Notes: a model not told the origin generated them from the sequence alone. A DNA stretch of 64,000 nt from Porphyromonas sp. (GCA_022772085.1 JALFBN010000009.1:22428-86427); one strand, 5' to 3'. Shown: positions 8,448 through 19,837, numbered from the stretch's first letter. Numbers and translations: made by a program.

Positions 8448-11400
8448 TTACTGTGTAAGATTGATGCGGAGCGAAACGCCGAAGTTGCTGTTACGCATCG
8501 GGAATGAGGCAGTACTGACGAGTGGATGATTCATGTTCCAATCGTAATAGGCCCGCAGGGTGAGCATACGACTCAGAGCATAGTCGGCACTGAACTTAAG
8601 GGTATGCGCGATGTTGCCGTTGGTGGCTTGCGAGAAGTTCTCTTGGATCTTACGAATCAGTGTAGAGGTACGATTGTAGCTATAATCTAGCCGTAGCGTC
8701 ATAGATCCGCCCGAGGTAAAGAGGGCATTTTGCGCCTTCCTCCCCGAAGGTCGTTTACGTTTGATGCCGAGCCATTTGAAGAAGTCATCCACCTTATAGC
8801 CGATACCTGCAGAGATTTCGTCCGAAGCCGATTCAATAAGTTGAAAGGCTGTAATATTCAGGTTAAGTGCTCGACGCTTATTCCATCGAGAAGAGAGGGT
8901 CATCCCACTCTTGAAGGTCACCTCCAATCCAATGAGTGGATTAAAACCCTCTTGCAGTGCAACCGAAGGGATATCATAGGGCATAGAGGCAATGCGTCTC
9001 TGATCCGTAGAGATTCCGGAGGAAAGGTCTTCAGCTGCAGCCTGCCGTAAGAAACCGAGGGGGGTATCTCCTTCTCCCAGGACATTCCAACCCAATAGGG
9101 AACCATAATTACCGATCGTATAGGTCGAGGTATAAGTATGCGAGAGGGAGAAATTGCGGAAAAGTTCAGAGAATAGAGGGATCTTGTTTAACCCCGTATA
9201 GGTCACACTCCAATTGGGGAGCAGGCTCCTTAGCGAAGGGAAAGGCGAGAGAGCGACTTTGTTTACATCACTAGAGGTATAGGCCGCCAGGAAAGCGGGG
9301 ATCAGGACATCTGCGCTATTTTCACGCACCTCAAAGGGGGTATTCCCTGTATGTTTCCGGTATTGGTTCGTGAGCCGTTGGGCGATGATGGCACGATTGG
9401 AGAGGAACTCACTAAAGGCATGTGATGCGTAGCCATCTTCCGCCTGCGATGTGCTAAAGAAGCCTCCTAGTCCGATGGTAGTCATCATAAAGGAACCTCC
9501 CCACGTGCGAGGCATCCCCTCAAAAACAAACTGAGTCTCTTCTCGTTGGGTACTGTTGCGATTGGCATTGAGAGAGATGCGTAGATCCCGAATGGGTTCG
9601 AGGGTGATACGAACCCCAAGATTGTCAGTCTGCGAATAAGCTGATGGATTGACATTTTCTTGTAAGTGGGTAAGCCATCCTCGTCGAGCAGCCTCTTCGA
9701 CAAATTGATTGTCCGTGAGTCCAAAGGCAAAGGCAAGACCGGGAGCTAAAACATCGCCCTGACGAGACTGCCCCCCGACACTGCCGATCTCAGGCATAAA
9801 ACCGGGGAGATTGAGATTGTTCGTATGGTTGTAGGTAATGTTTACATCTCGCAACATCATAAGAGTATAAGCGAGGTGTTGAGTAAAACGAGAGGTATTG
9901 TCACCCATCTCTTTTCGGGAGGATTGGGCCTTTTCGTTCACAATGTTCAGAGCTAACGTTAGGGTATCTTTATTGCGAATCTCCAGAGTATTTTCGTCAA
10001 TCATTCGGGTATTGAGTTTATAGTTTTTACCCGAAGAGGTACGTGCCGTGATTTTGAGTTTTTTACTGCCGAGGTTGTGTCGCACGATCGTTACGCTATC
10101 GGCACGTAGCGTAATGTCTTGGGTGTAGCGTTTCGGAGTAGAGACCTTAGTGGGTTGAGGCTCACCGGAGGTTCGCCTACGAGTCTGTGCATTAGTCGGG
10201 TTGTTGAGATTCTTTTCAATCTCTGCAAAGAAAGGGATCTGACGATAGAGCTGCATGAAGCTGAGAGAGAGCGAACCATCGAGCCTCATTTCGTTGCGAA
10301 TAATATTGCCAAAGGATACGCCATCAGCACGCTGCGCACCCAGATCCCAATTATAGGTCCCCGTATAACTCACTGATCCATTGACCCAATTCATATAAGG
10401 AATAAGGGCAAAGGGCAATTGCCACGAGAGAGTAGCCGTTTGGTCATACTTCATCGGACGCCCCATTTGTGCAATACTGCGATTGACAGAATCACGCCAT
10501 ACCTTGTATAGATCGGGTTCTAGCTGACGGTTCACCTGCACATGTGGTTCTTCGATACGTGCATTAGTTCCGGATCTGAAGGAGAATTGGATATGAGACG
10601 TTGGCGCCCAATTAATCGCTAATGAGCGATCCCAAATAAAGTTTTGGACGAAGGTTGCCGGGAGCGAGGGTGCAACGCCGCCACTCGGGATGTAGTTGCG
10701 CACTTTCTGTTCACTGTAATTGCGCACCATGTGTGTGGAGATCGTGATCTTGGAGGGAAGCCAGTTGATCTGATAATTCTTGAGATTGGAGAGGAGGTTA
10801 CTCTGCGACTTAATCCACGCAAAAGGCTTGATAGGAGGAACTACGGGCGAATAATCATAGGTTGCCGCAGCCTGCCAGTCACGACGGGAATCATACACTA
10901 AGTCGGGCGTATTGTGGTCGCTCTGATTGTAACTATAGCTTACCGAGAAGTTGGCAGGGTCGTAAGGCATCGGTGTTTTGCTCTTCACATCCACCCGAAC
11001 GTTGCTCAACGAGAGGGAATGGGTACGTGTTTCGGTTAGAGCCATGCGCTTTATAGAGTCTCGCTCACTCTTCTTAGTCGTTGCCTTTAGGGCATCAGAG
11101 AGAAGGACATCTTGGTCCAGTGGATTGTAGCGAGGAGTAATCACCTCATTGGTATAAGCGTAGTAAAGAGGGATGGTTACGTGAGCTTTTTCGGGGAAGA
11201 ATCGTCCCATCTCAAAATTTGAAGAGATGTTGACCTGCCGAAGATCCTCCAAGCGTCGTTGGGACAATGACTGATCCAATGCTCCAAATCCGGCTGTTTG
11301 AATCATCCCTCGGGCGGTCACATTACCCCAATCGCTCACCTGCAACTGCATATCCGCATTGGCAGCCCAACCGCCCTGCTCGAGGTAATCACTGAGTCTT

Positions 11401-14400
11401 AGTTCATTCACCCACACCTCTGCACTCTTGGAGGCTTGTCCGTTATTGCGCACCCCGATCATGATAGTCTTGACATTCGATAGGGAGGGGTTGCCCACGA
11501 CGGTGATCGTATTGCGAGGATTGTCGGGATCGGTTTTGGAGTAACGTAGGGCAAAGTCCGCCTTGCTATCCCCTTGGCTCTTGGCGAGGTTTCGCTGTCC
11601 CTTGAGGTCGGTTAGGTGGGCAAAGACGATGGTCATTTTATTTTCATCAGGCCAAACGATACGACGATCAGCAGCCACATCCGTACTATAAAGACCATAG
11701 GGAGTGAGTTTGAGAGGAACGGCATACTCGTAGTAGTTATTGCGATAGTCGCTACCCAAACGGATGAATACCGATAGGTCTCCGTCGCCAACAGCCTCCG
11801 TCGCCTCTTGGATGCGTTCGGCATGGGCAAAGAGCTCTAGTTTTTTGTATCGCCTCAAGTCCAGCCCCGTATTGCGATAGACGGCTCGGGCATCCCCCGG
11901 GGCGAGGTTTTGGATTTTAAGGCTGAGCGATTGCTCGTTTTGCTGAGTGGCTTGCGATTGAGAGGGATCAATACTCCGAAGTACCCCGGGAGGAAGGATA
12001 TAGTTGATCGGCTGGCGGTCTCCATTTTCCTCGATATTAACGGCACTGACTTCAAGAGTCGCTTGAGTGGATGGTAACACCGAGGGATCATGCAACTCCC
12101 TATCGTATTGACGCCAATCCCCTCGCACTAATTTGAGAGTACCGAAGCGAAGGAATGTCTCGTCGCGGAACCCCGTGAGATACATACGCATAAAGCGGAT
12201 CGTCTTGAAGTCTGCAATACCTCCTACCTTGCGGTCGAATCCTCGCACAGGGATCTTGAACTGATACCAATTGACTGTCTCACGATTACCGTTAGGGAGT
12301 GATACGGTGGCCGGTCGGACGTCCACGATATGATTTTTTCCCACGATCATATCACTCGGCTTCAACGACAATTTATACTCAAAATACTTCTCGTTCTCGT
12401 TTAGTGTATTGTCTTGATTGATATCCTCGGCATCGGGAACGGATCGGCTCGCTGTACTATAAGGATCGTTTTCATTGGTTGCCTCTGCACTATTGCCCTG
12501 CACTCCATTGTAGTACTTGTAGCGATCAAGGATAGGCGTTTGAGCCTCATCAAAAGCACTATTTCTGAAATGCATGAAATTGTCTCCTGCGGGATCCGCA
12601 AGGGGACTCATCGGGTCATTTTGCCAACGCGCGAGTACCTCACCACCCACTTTACTACGTAGGACGTTAAGGTAATCGACATAAACGGGCCATGTTCTTT
12701 CCTCCTCATCATTGAGTCCATTAAAACCAACATCCTGCTTGGCACGTGCCCCGGGGGTGTTGTCAAAAGCATAACCGGCCCCCTGACGAAGGGGAACTTT
12801 ACCCCAAATAGTGCGCTCCGTTGCCTGAGGATCATCGTTAATAGGAATCCCGTTTTCAAAGAATTTCTTCTCGTCACGGAGCACCTCCTCACTCACCTCC
12901 CCTAAATTAATATAGAGATTGCCCCCCTGAGCATCATGATTGTAGATGAATGGATCAAGTAACCAAAACTCTACATATTCGATGTTGGCAGCCTCAAAGT
13001 CGCTCTGATCTACCTTGCGCATGATACCGCCCCAGTTCTCTTCGGGATTGGATAATGAGCCATCGGGTAGCAGAGCCTCGGCATTAAGGTTGTAAGGGCC
13101 TCGCTCTTTGGGGTAATAAGAGAGACTGAAGGTCTGAAGGTAGCTTAGGTAACTTTGATTATAGTCCCGATACGGAAAAAGCTCCTGCAAACTTACCTCT
13201 CGAACATAGTGATTACTCAGAAGCTCTGGATTATTACGGATATAACTTGGTGTTAACGAGGAGTTGGCACGATTGAACATGGGATCTATATAGTACCATG
13301 CAAGCCGCGCACGACGATTGCCATAACGAACATCATTGCTCAACGCAGCCTCCGGGAAAAGCACTTCTGCACCATCTTGATAGGGAGTGGAGGAGAGCAT
13401 CCACGCGTATGGATTCATCAAATCTATGTATCCTTGGGAGGATTCAAAATCATCTATGTAGCTGTATCCTTTGGCGTAACGGCTCTCGTAGTGCCCCGGG
13501 ATAAGGTGCGCAAACTCGGCATTAAACCTCAATTCGCTCGGTTTGGTGAGATCAAGAAATGGTAATTTATCAACCAAGTTGGTCAGTCCCTGCCACTCAG
13601 AGCGGTAGCTGAGGTTGGCTCCCCAGAGCGTGTTGCTCATGGATTCAGATCCTATGGCACTCTTCGTCGTCAGTGGCATCTCCGAAAGGTGCATAAAAGT
13701 GGCACCTAAGGTAAAGTCTTTGCTGAAATTGTAATTGGCATCGACACCCACCACTGTCTTACGTTGCATATTCATCAACCCTTTATTTTCGAGGGAGACA
13801 TCAACCCTTGTGCCGCTATTTAAAATCGACTCATTGATGATTGTCACCGTACCCATGGCATAGTTCACGGTATAGTCGACATTCTCTGTCAAAGTAGCTC
13901 CGCCGGCAGTAACCCGTACAGATCCCGGGGTTACATTGGCAATCCCTGCACCCAAACTGATCTGCCCTGAAGAGGAGGCTTTGTATTCGCCTTTGAGAAC
14001 GAACTTGTCCTTTTCCGCCACCTGCCGAGCTGCAACAGAAGTTGCATCATAAATCTCCTGATAAACATATTTATCGGCAATCGCATCATCCCCAATTTTT
14101 GCACGAAGCGTTTTGCCAAAAGGCTCCACCGTAGAGAAGATAATCAAGCCCCGAGCAGGCTGTACCGTATAGCCCTCCACAAAGTCGAACACCCCATCAG
14201 GGTAGGCCTCTTTGCGGCTATCCAATCGGTCCATATCAAGGAGTTGTACGAGCAGTTTACCCTTAGCCTCTCCCTCATCCAAATAGGGAAGAGCCGTCCC
14301 TGCCGCATCATTGCGATAGTATATATCCAGCTTGAATCGATCTTGTTGCAAGTCGCTTACGTTGGTCCCTAGGGCATAGATATTGCGCATCATAAAGTGC

Positions 14401-15938
14401 CAATAGGGGGCTGTTGGAGTCATTGTCGATCCCTTTACGAGCTTGACAAAAAGATTGTCACTACTATTGTCGCTTCGATCAGTGCTGAACTCGCCCACCT
14501 GATAGACCTTACCCTGATAGGTATATTCGTAAGCAATACCGAGTACCTCATCGGCACTCAGTCTGGTATTGAGCGAAATGTATCCAAGCGATGTGTTCAA
14601 GGTATATTCGTTTGGGGTCAAGCGACGGGCACTCTCCAACTTTTCGTAGTCGTTACCACCAACGAGTTTTCCCTGAAGGGCTTGTCCAACACGATCAATA
14701 CGCCTCAGGTCGGGCATCGCTAACAGATCGGCATAAAGCGAATTGGCTCGGTTATCGGGAAGATCTCCCGTGGCGTGCGTTACCGTCACTCCGGGGGCAG
14801 TGAGTTTGAGAGGTTCTCCAAGATCACTCAAAGCCACAATATTTCGCGACTCCTCAAAACGAGCTCGTTTATTGGTAATCCAGACCTCCACACGATTAAT
14901 TACAACACCCGACGAGATAAATGGAAGCGTCGAAAGGGCGTGATCGTATCGGTCTCGAAAATAATGTCCCAGAAAGAAGTGACGATTTTCATCGTAATTA
15001 TTAGCGGAAAATTCAAAGAGAGTTGTCTGTGCTCCACGCTCCGAACTGACACGTTTGGTCTCAGCCTCTTGTTGACTTACCACCATACTCAGTTGGAGTT
15101 TTCCGAATTGGAGTTTAGTGTGAAGCCCGAAGAGCGAAGCCCCTCCCTGTATGAGGGAGTTTTTCGGTTGGAGTGAAACATTACCCGCCTCTACCAGTTT
15201 CACGATGTCGTCTTCCTCTCCTTCGTAAGCCAATTTGAGTTTGCGAGCATCGGTATCAAAGGTGGTTTCGGTATTGTAATTGAGCCCAAAATTAAGCTTG
15301 GTACCCACGGTCGCTTGAACATTTGCCTGTATCTTCTCGTCAAAGTCGAAGAACGTATGATTGCGAGAACTCTGTGGAAGGGAGGGATTGTCCGTAGCAT
15401 TGGATTTGACTCCAAAGAGAATTTCGGCAGATCCTTGCGTCTTGAGTTTCACCCCACCCGGTCCGAAGATTTTTTCAGCAGGACCAAGTTCAAAACCAAA
15501 GTCGAAAGGATTGAATTGCTTTTTGCCCTCCTCTTGAGCGGCTTCTCGGTCTCGCTCAGCAAAGTAACTCGTTGCATCTCGTCGCTTGAGGTACTCCAAG
15601 TATTGCGCTGTTGTATAGACGATGGGCGTACCGATGCGCTTTCCGTTTAGCGTAGTGACGTAGAGGTAATTCCCCGTAGTACCATCATAAATAAATTCGC
15701 TCTTGATCTGCGAAGGTGTTCTGAGATCCAGGGAATGCTTTTTGGTGATGTCATTGGAAGTATTGGGGCGTGTCTTTTGGATGGGAAAGCGCACCGTAGT
15801 CGTATCAGCACGAAGCTGCGTACGGTAGGGTATGCGAACAGGACGCACAAGAGCACTCCCTCCTCCTCCCGATAGGACGAGAAAAAGGGTAGCGAGTGCC
15901 AGACTCCAAAGAGATCTCTTGTGCCGTACCTTTGCCAT
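8448..15938 (-). CDS. sprA: T9SS outer-membrane translocon SprA/Sov
   Basis: 2496 aa; motifs KLKTQGSAE, FDFDEKIQANV, KLAYEGEEDDIVKLVEAGNVS, WGGIMRK, VWVNELRLS; C-terminal FGVSLRINL beta-barrel end; lies directly downstream of ruvA as in other Bacteroidota. Confidence 0.96.
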   Translation of the reverse strand: MAKVRHKRSLWSLALATLFLVLSGGGGSALVRPVRIPYRTQLRADTTTVRFPIQKTRPNTSNDITKKHSLDLRTPSQIKSEFIYDGTTGNYLYVTTLNGKRIGTPIVYTTAQYLEYLKRRDATSYFAERDREAAQEEGKKQFNPFDFGFELGPAEKIFGPGGVKLKTQGSAEILFGVKSNATDNPSLPQSSRNHTFFDFDEKIQANVQATVGTKLNFGLNYNTETTFDTDARKLKLAYEGEEDDIVKLVEAGNVSLQPKNSLIQGGASLFGLHTKLQFGKLQLSMVVSQQEAETKRVSSERGAQTTLFEFSANNYDENRHFFLGHYFRDRYDHALSTLPFISSGVVINRVEVWITNKRARFEESRNIVALSDLGEPLKLTAPGVTVTHATGDLPDNRANSLYADLLAMPDLRRIDRVGQALQGKLVGGNDYEKLESARRLTPNEYTLNTSLGYISLNTRLSADEVLGIAYEYTYQGKVYQVGEFSTDRSDNSSDNLFVKLVKGSTMTPTAPYWHFMMRNIYALGTNVSDLQQDRFKLDIYYRNDAAGTALPYLDEGEAKGKLLVQLLDMDRLDSRKEAYPDGVFDFVEGYTVQPARGLIIFSTVEPFGKTLRAKIGDDAIADKYVYQEIYDATSVAARQVAEKDKFVLKGEYKASSSGQISLGAGIANVTPGSVRVTAGGATLTENVDYTVNYAMGTVTIINESILNSGTRVDVSLENKGLMNMQRKTVVGVDANYNFSKDFTLGATFMHLSEMPLTTKSAIGSESMSNTLWGANLSYRSEWQGLTNLVDKLPFLDLTKPSELRFNAEFAHLIPGHYESRYAKGYSYIDDFESSQGYIDLMNPYAWMLSSTPYQDGAEVLFPEAALSNDVRYGNRRARLAWYYIDPMFNRANSSLTPSYIRNNPELLSNHYVREVSLQELFPYRDYNQSYLSYLQTFSLSYYPKERGPYNLNAEALLPDGSLSNPEENWGGIMRKVDQSDFEAANIEYVEFWLLDPFIYNHDAQGGNLYINLGEVSEEVLRDEKKFFENGIPINDDPQATERTIWGKVPLRQGAGYAFDNTPGARAKQDVGFNGLNDEEERTWPVYVDYLNVLRSKVGGEVLARWQNDPMSPLADPAGDNFMHFRNSAFDEAQTPILDRYKYYNGVQGNSAEATNENDPYSTASRSVPDAEDINQDNTLNENEKYFEYKLSLKPSDMIVGKNHIVDVRPATVSLPNGNRETVNWYQFKIPVRGFDRKVGGIADFKTIRFMRMYLTGFRDETFLRFGTLKLVRGDWRQYDRELHDPSVLPSTQATLEVSAVNIEENGDRQPINYILPPGVLRSIDPSQSQATQQNEQSLSLKIQNLAPGDARAVYRNTGLDLRRYKKLELFAHAERIQEATEAVGDGDLSVFIRLGSDYRNNYYEYAVPLKLTPYGLYSTDVAADRRIVWPDENKMTIVFAHLTDLKGQRNLAKSQGDSKADFALRYSKTDPDNPRNTITVVGNPSLSNVKTIMIGVRNNGQASKSAEVWVNELRLSDYLEQGGWAANADMQLQVSDWGNVTARGMIQTAGFGALDQSLSQRRLEDLRQVNISSNFEMGRFFPEKAHVTIPLYYAYTNEVITPRYNPLDQDVLLSDALKATTKKSERDSIKRMALTETRTHSLSLSNVRVDVKSKTPMPYDPANFSVSYSYNQSDHNTPDLVYDSRRDWQAAATYDYSPVVPPIKPFAWIKSQSNLLSNLKNYQINWLPSKITISTHMVRNYSEQKVRNYIPSGGVAPSLPATFVQNFIWDRSLAINWAPTSHIQFSFRSGTNARIEEPHVQVNRQLEPDLYKVWRDSVNRSIAQMGRPMKYDQTATLSWQLPFALIPYMNWVNGSVSYTGTYNWDLGAQRADGVSFGNIIRNEMRLDGSLSLSFMQLYRQIPFFAEIEKNLNNPTNAQTRRRTSGEPQPTKVSTPKRYTQDITLRADSVTIVRHNLGSKKLKITARTSSGKNYKLNTRMIDENTLEIRNKDTLTLALNIVNEKAQSSRKEMGDNTSRFTQHLAYTLMMLRDVNITYNHTNNLNLPGFMPEIGSVGGQSRQGDVLAPGLAFAFGLTDNQFVEEAARRGWLTHLQENVNPSAYSQTDNLGVRITLEPIRDLRISLNANRNSTQREETQFVFEGMPRTWGGSFMMTTIGLGGFFSTSQAEDGYASHAFSEFLSNRAIIAQRLTNQYRKHTGNTPFEVRENSADVLIPAFLAAYTSSDVNKVALSPFPSLRSLLPNWSVTYTGLNKIPLFSELFRNFSLSHTYTSTYTIGNYGSLLGWNVLGEGDTPLGFLRQAAAEDLSSGISTDQRRIASMPYDIPSVALQEGFNPLIGLEVTFKSGMTLSSRWNKRRALNLNITAFQLIESASDEISAGIGYKVDDFFKWLGIKRKRPSGRKAQNALFTSGGSMTLRLDYSYNRTSTLIRKIQENFSQATNGNIAHTLKFSADYALSRMLTLRAYYDWNMNHPLVSTASFPMRNSNFGVSLRINLTQ

Positions 15939-15966
15939 AATGCAACCTCAAACAGTCTCCTTTTAT

Positions 15967-16593
15967 TTACAGTCGCTTAAGAGCTTGCTTGATCACCTCT
16001 TCGACTGGTAGGAGGGCATCAGCAGAAAGAACAGCCTTCACCGCTTTACGCACAGCAGGTTCGGGGAATCCCAACATCTTGAGAGCTTGTATCGCTTCGT
16101 CTTGGGCTGATGCCAAAGCCGGACCAAAAGATGTTCCGGAGAGATCTCCATTTCCCTCCAATTCATACGCGCTAAAATCAACTTTTCCTTTGAGATCCAC
16201 GACAATACGTTGAGCAGTTTTAAGTCCGATACCCTTAACATTTTGCAGAAGATCTACAGCTCCGCCTGCGATAATTTGCGCCAGCTCTTTAGGCTTATAA
16301 GAGGAGAGGATTAGGCGAGCCGTCCCCGATCCGACTCCAGAGACGGAGCGCAATTTTTCAAAGAAAGCACGACTCTCCTCCTCTACAAAGCCATATAAAA
16401 GATGGGCATCCTCTCGAATGATTTCAGAGATCCACAGACGGCATTGCACGCGCCCTTGCAGGAGGGTATAATCTAAGAGTGTAATATGAATATCGTACCC
16501 CACACCACCTACATCCAATAAGGCATTGGTGGGAGTTAGTCGGTCTATTTTTCCTTCAATATAGGCTATCATATCTATGTATAACGTATGCAC
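15967..16593 (-). CDS. ruvA: Holliday junction branch migration protein RuvA
   Basis: MIAYIEGKI..DVGGVGY..IIREDAHLLYGF..SVSGVG..VKGIGLKTAQRIVVDLKGK. The true start may be the Met of MIAYIEG, a few codons in. Confidence 0.97.
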   Translation of the reverse strand: MHTLYIDMIAYIEGKIDRLTPTNALLDVGGVGYDIHITLLDYTLLQGRVQCRLWISEIIREDAHLLYGFVEEESRAFFEKLRSVSGVGSGTARLILSSYKPKELAQIIAGGAVDLLQNVKGIGLKTAQRIVVDLKGKVDFSAYELEGNGDLSGTSFGPALASAQDEAIQALKMLGFPEPAVRKAVKAVLSADALLPVEEVIKQALKRL

Positions 16594-16792
16594 GAGGCGT
16601 TCTATTGTGGTGAAGCAGAGGTCAACGATACGTGCAATACCAATTCGAATTTAGCAAGAATCTTATGAATGGAGACTTCCTGAATTTGGCACTCTGCCCT
16701 CCAGATAAAAAAATATAGGTCCGGACTTTTTTACTGCCGGGCTACATTTTTTCAAATACAGGGCAAGAGATACGACGAACAAGCTTTTTATC

Positions 16793-16800
16793 TACCTTTG
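16793..16800 (+). promoter_or_regulatory. -7 promoter box (TACCTTTG) for mdh
   Basis: Exact TAnnTTTG 126 nt upstream of the mdh start. Confidence 0.55.
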
Positions 16801-16926
16801 CGAGAGAGGAATTGCCTAAAATCGACACGACAAACGGGCAATACACAAACACTCTGTCCTCTTGAACAAATGGGGAGAATGGATGTTTTATCAGAATAAA
16901 AGTGATCACATTATAAGCAAATTGCT

Positions 16927-17925
16927 ATGAACTATTTAACCAATGATAAGCTGACTCTCATCGGAGCCGCCGGCATGATCGGCTCAAACATGGCTCAAAC
17001 GGTTGCCATGATGCGTCTAACACCTAATATATGCCTCTACGATCCTTTTGCCTTAGGGCTCGAAGGTGTGGCAGAAGAGATACGCCATTGTGCTTTTGAA
17101 GGACTTAATATAACCTTTACAACCGACATCCAAGAGGCTCTTAGTGGCGCCAAATTCATCATATCTGCGGGTGGGGCTCCCCGCAAAGATGGCATGACTC
17201 GCGAGGATCTCCTACGAGGTAATAGCCAAATCGCAGCCGAGCTCGGCGACAATATCAAGAAGTATTGCCCCGATGTGCGCCACGTAGTAATCATTTTCAA
17301 TCCCGCAGATATTACGGGTCTTGTCACCCTAATTCACTCAGGACTCAAACCATCGCAGGTTACCACGCTCGCGGCTCTTGACTCCAATCGTTTGCAAAGT
17401 GAGCTTGCCAAACATTTCGGGGTACCCCAGAGCCAAGTCGTTCGATGCCGCACTTATGGCGGTCACGGCGAATCTATGGCTGTATTTGCCTCTACAACAT
17501 CGGTCGATGGCACTCCTCTATGCTCTCTTATCGGTACAGATAGACTCCCACTCGAAGAGTGGAACAACATCAAAGAACGCGTTGTAAAGGGGGGAGCCAA
17601 CATCATCAAACTTCGTGGACGTAGCAGCTTCCAAAGCCCCTCGTACGTAGCGGTAGAGATGATCGCAGCGGCCATGGGTGGCACACCTTTCACCAAACCC
17701 GCAGGATGCTACGTATCAGAACAAGGATTTGACCATGTGATGATGGCAATGGAGACTCGCATTGATCAAGATGGCGTACACTGTCTTGAAACCAAGGGTA
17801 CTCCCGAGGAATTGCAAGCACTGCAAGAGAGTGCACAACACCTCGCCAAGATGATTGAGCAAGTTGTAGAGATGGGCATTATCCCTCCCGTTGCAAAGTG
17901 GAATACACTGAATCCCAACCTCTAA
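16927..17925 (+). CDS. mdh: Malate dehydrogenase (LDH/MDH family)
   Basis: Rossmann GAAGMIG, PRKDGMTREDLL, IIFNPAD, TLAALDSNR, YGGHGESM. Confidence 0.9.
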   Translation: MNYLTNDKLTLIGAAGMIGSNMAQTVAMMRLTPNICLYDPFALGLEGVAEEIRHCAFEGLNITFTTDIQEALSGAKFIISAGGAPRKDGMTREDLLRGNSQIAAELGDNIKKYCPDVRHVVIIFNPADITGLVTLIHSGLKPSQVTTLAALDSNRLQSELAKHFGVPQSQVVRCRTYGGHGESMAVFASTTSVDGTPLCSLIGTDRLPLEEWNNIKERVVKGGANIIKLRGRSSFQSPSYVAVEMIAAAMGGTPFTKPAGCYVSEQGFDHVMMAMETRIDQDGVHCLETKGTPEELQALQESAQHLAKMIEQVVEMGIIPPVAKWNTLNPNL

Positions 17926-17989
17926 AACCTCAATCCTCCCAAGGGAATTAAGTAACGGCAGCCTCTCACAAAGGCGTGACTAAAATCAA

Positions 17990-18028
17990 AAAAGGTCAAA
18001 GGATCTCACATGGATCTTTTGACCTTTT
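17990..18028. terminator. Bidirectional intrinsic terminator between convergent mdh and NifX-like gene
   Basis: AAAAGGTCAAAGGATC / GATCTTTTGACCTTTT inverted repeat (15 of 16 Watson-Crick) flanked by A and T runs. Confidence 0.8.
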
Positions 18029-18061
18029 CTTTTACTTCAAAGGTGATAAAGAAGAAGTGAA

Positions 18062-18412
18062 TCAGGGGCAATCATGATGTAGACAGGCAATGCCGGAATC
18101 AACAACAGCCCCCTGTAAATAACGATGAATCAGCTCTGTCACAGCGCCCGAGCACCCACGGATCACAGTAATGCCCTGCTCTCGGAGTTTGTTTTTGGCC
18201 CCCTCTCCCATATTGCCCGCCAGCATAAGGGTTACCCCCTTCTCATGAAGCGTTGATGCAATGTTACTTTTACAACCGCAACCTTCGGGCGAGGGCAAAC
18301 TCTCCTGATCGAGGATTTGCTTTTCATTCACCGTAAAAATCGTGTAATAGGCACAGTGCCCAAAGTGATCATCCACGCGGTCCTCACGTGTAGGTACAGC
18401 AATCTTTGTCAT
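18062..18412 (-). CDS. NifB/NifX-family (dinitrogenase FeMo-cofactor-binding-like) small protein
   Basis: Likely start MTKIAVP at 18412; VDDHFGHC, GCGCK, LAGNMGEGA..L..QGITVIRG motifs; Cys/His tail ACLHHDCP. Confidence 0.85.
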   Translation of the reverse strand: MTKIAVPTREDRVDDHFGHCAYYTIFTVNEKQILDQESLPSPEGCGCKSNIASTLHEKGVTLMLAGNMGEGAKNKLREQGITVIRGCSGAVTELIHRYLQGAVVDSGIACLHHDCP

Positions 18413-18490
18413 AGTTCTAATCGGTTTGATTCGCTCGGGGTAAAGGTAATAAAAAAATCCGTCTTGACCTTTGGCAGACCAGTTCAATGC

Positions 18491-19837
18491 CTAACGATAA
18501 TACAGGGCTAGGAGCGCAGACTTATAAACAAAATCGTACTGGGCAATAAGAGCATCGCATTGCGCTCGAAGGTAACGGCTCTCAGCTTGCTCCAACTCGT
18601 ACAACGACGACTTTTCCGCAAAACATTGTACTCTTAAGGCTTCCACCGCGCGTTGTGAGGATTGAAGAGCCAACTCGGTCGCAGGGATCTTGTGCTCTGC
18701 GGCTACCGCCTGAGCATGAGCTTTGAATATATCCTTGTATAGACCAAGATCGGCATCAATCTTATCGAGTTGAGCGGAGCAGAGGTCAATTTTAGCTCGA
18801 CGCACAGAATGCGCTGTATTAAGAGCATCAAAGATTGGCAAGGATAGGGTAAAGCCAATGTAAAAACGACCATTCTCACGTAATTGATCACCAAAAGACT
18901 TGTTGCTCTGCTGCAAAACTCGGAAATAACCATTGCTATAACCGGCATTCACACTCAGTGTCGGGATGTAACCTGCACGAGCCGCACGGATATTCTCCTC
19001 TGCAACGGCAATACCCAAATCGGCCGTTTTGAGATCGGGACGATGAGCAAGAGCATGGAGATAGAGCGTCTCCGGAGGGAGGATCTGCCCACGGGCCTTT
19101 TGTACCAATTCCCCTATCGAAGGAGCTTGGAGTTGAATCGGAGCTTCTCCATAGTACTCTACACATACCGAGAGGTCCACTCGGGTAAGGGCGCACCGGC
19201 TCTCCGCTTCATACAAAGCGGCACGCTCCGACTCCACAAAAGCAACCCATTCATCGAGTTTCTCAGGGGGATAAGCCCCCGAAGCTATGAGAGACTTTAC
19301 TTGAGGAATAAGGGCTTCTAACTCCTTGATATGCCGGGAGGTTGCTGACACAATACCCTGCTCCAAAAGATATTTGTAGAAAAAGCCAATGACGCGCAAC
19401 TCAGCACGCTCTCGCAAGGTTGCAAGGTGGGCATCACTGTACTGATTCCCCAATCGAGTAGCAGCAAGGTCCTTCGCGCGACGCAATCCCGTGAAGAGAT
19501 CGTATGATGCCGATAAATCAAAAGCAGTATTAGCACTTGAGCGAGGACCAAAGGCTCCTGTATTGTCTTGACTTCGTCCATACTCCCAATCCTCTTTGAG
19601 CGATGCTCGTATTGTGGGAAGATAGCGACTCTTTGCCACATCATAGGCGAGCCGTCGGCTCATGCTATCGACCTTTTGACGCCCCACATTGCTGTCGAAA
19701 AAAACACTTCGCTCAATGCACTCTTCATACGACATGGGACGAGTCAGGGAGTTGTATATGGTTTCTAATTGCTGTGCGGTGGCGCGTCCGAAAAGGAGCA
19801 CGCCCAGGGTTAAGGTAAGAAGGCACTTACGCGTCAT
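18491..19837 (-). CDS. TolC-family outer membrane efflux protein
   Basis: Signal peptide; two helical outer-membrane-efflux repeats (AKSRYLPTI.., ARAGYIPTLSVNAGY.., LSLPIFD.., AQYDFVYK). Confidence 0.88.
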   Translation of the reverse strand: MTRKCLLTLTLGVLLFGRATAQQLETIYNSLTRPMSYEECIERSVFFDSNVGRQKVDSMSRRLAYDVAKSRYLPTIRASLKEDWEYGRSQDNTGAFGPRSSANTAFDLSASYDLFTGLRRAKDLAATRLGNQYSDAHLATLRERAELRVIGFFYKYLLEQGIVSATSRHIKELEALIPQVKSLIASGAYPPEKLDEWVAFVESERAALYEAESRCALTRVDLSVCVEYYGEAPIQLQAPSIGELVQKARGQILPPETLYLHALAHRPDLKTADLGIAVAEENIRAARAGYIPTLSVNAGYSNGYFRVLQQSNKSFGDQLRENGRFYIGFTLSLPIFDALNTAHSVRRAKIDLCSAQLDKIDADLGLYKDIFKAHAQAVAAEHKIPATELALQSSQRAVEALRVQCFAEKSSLYELEQAESRYLRAQCDALIAQYDFVYKSALLALYYR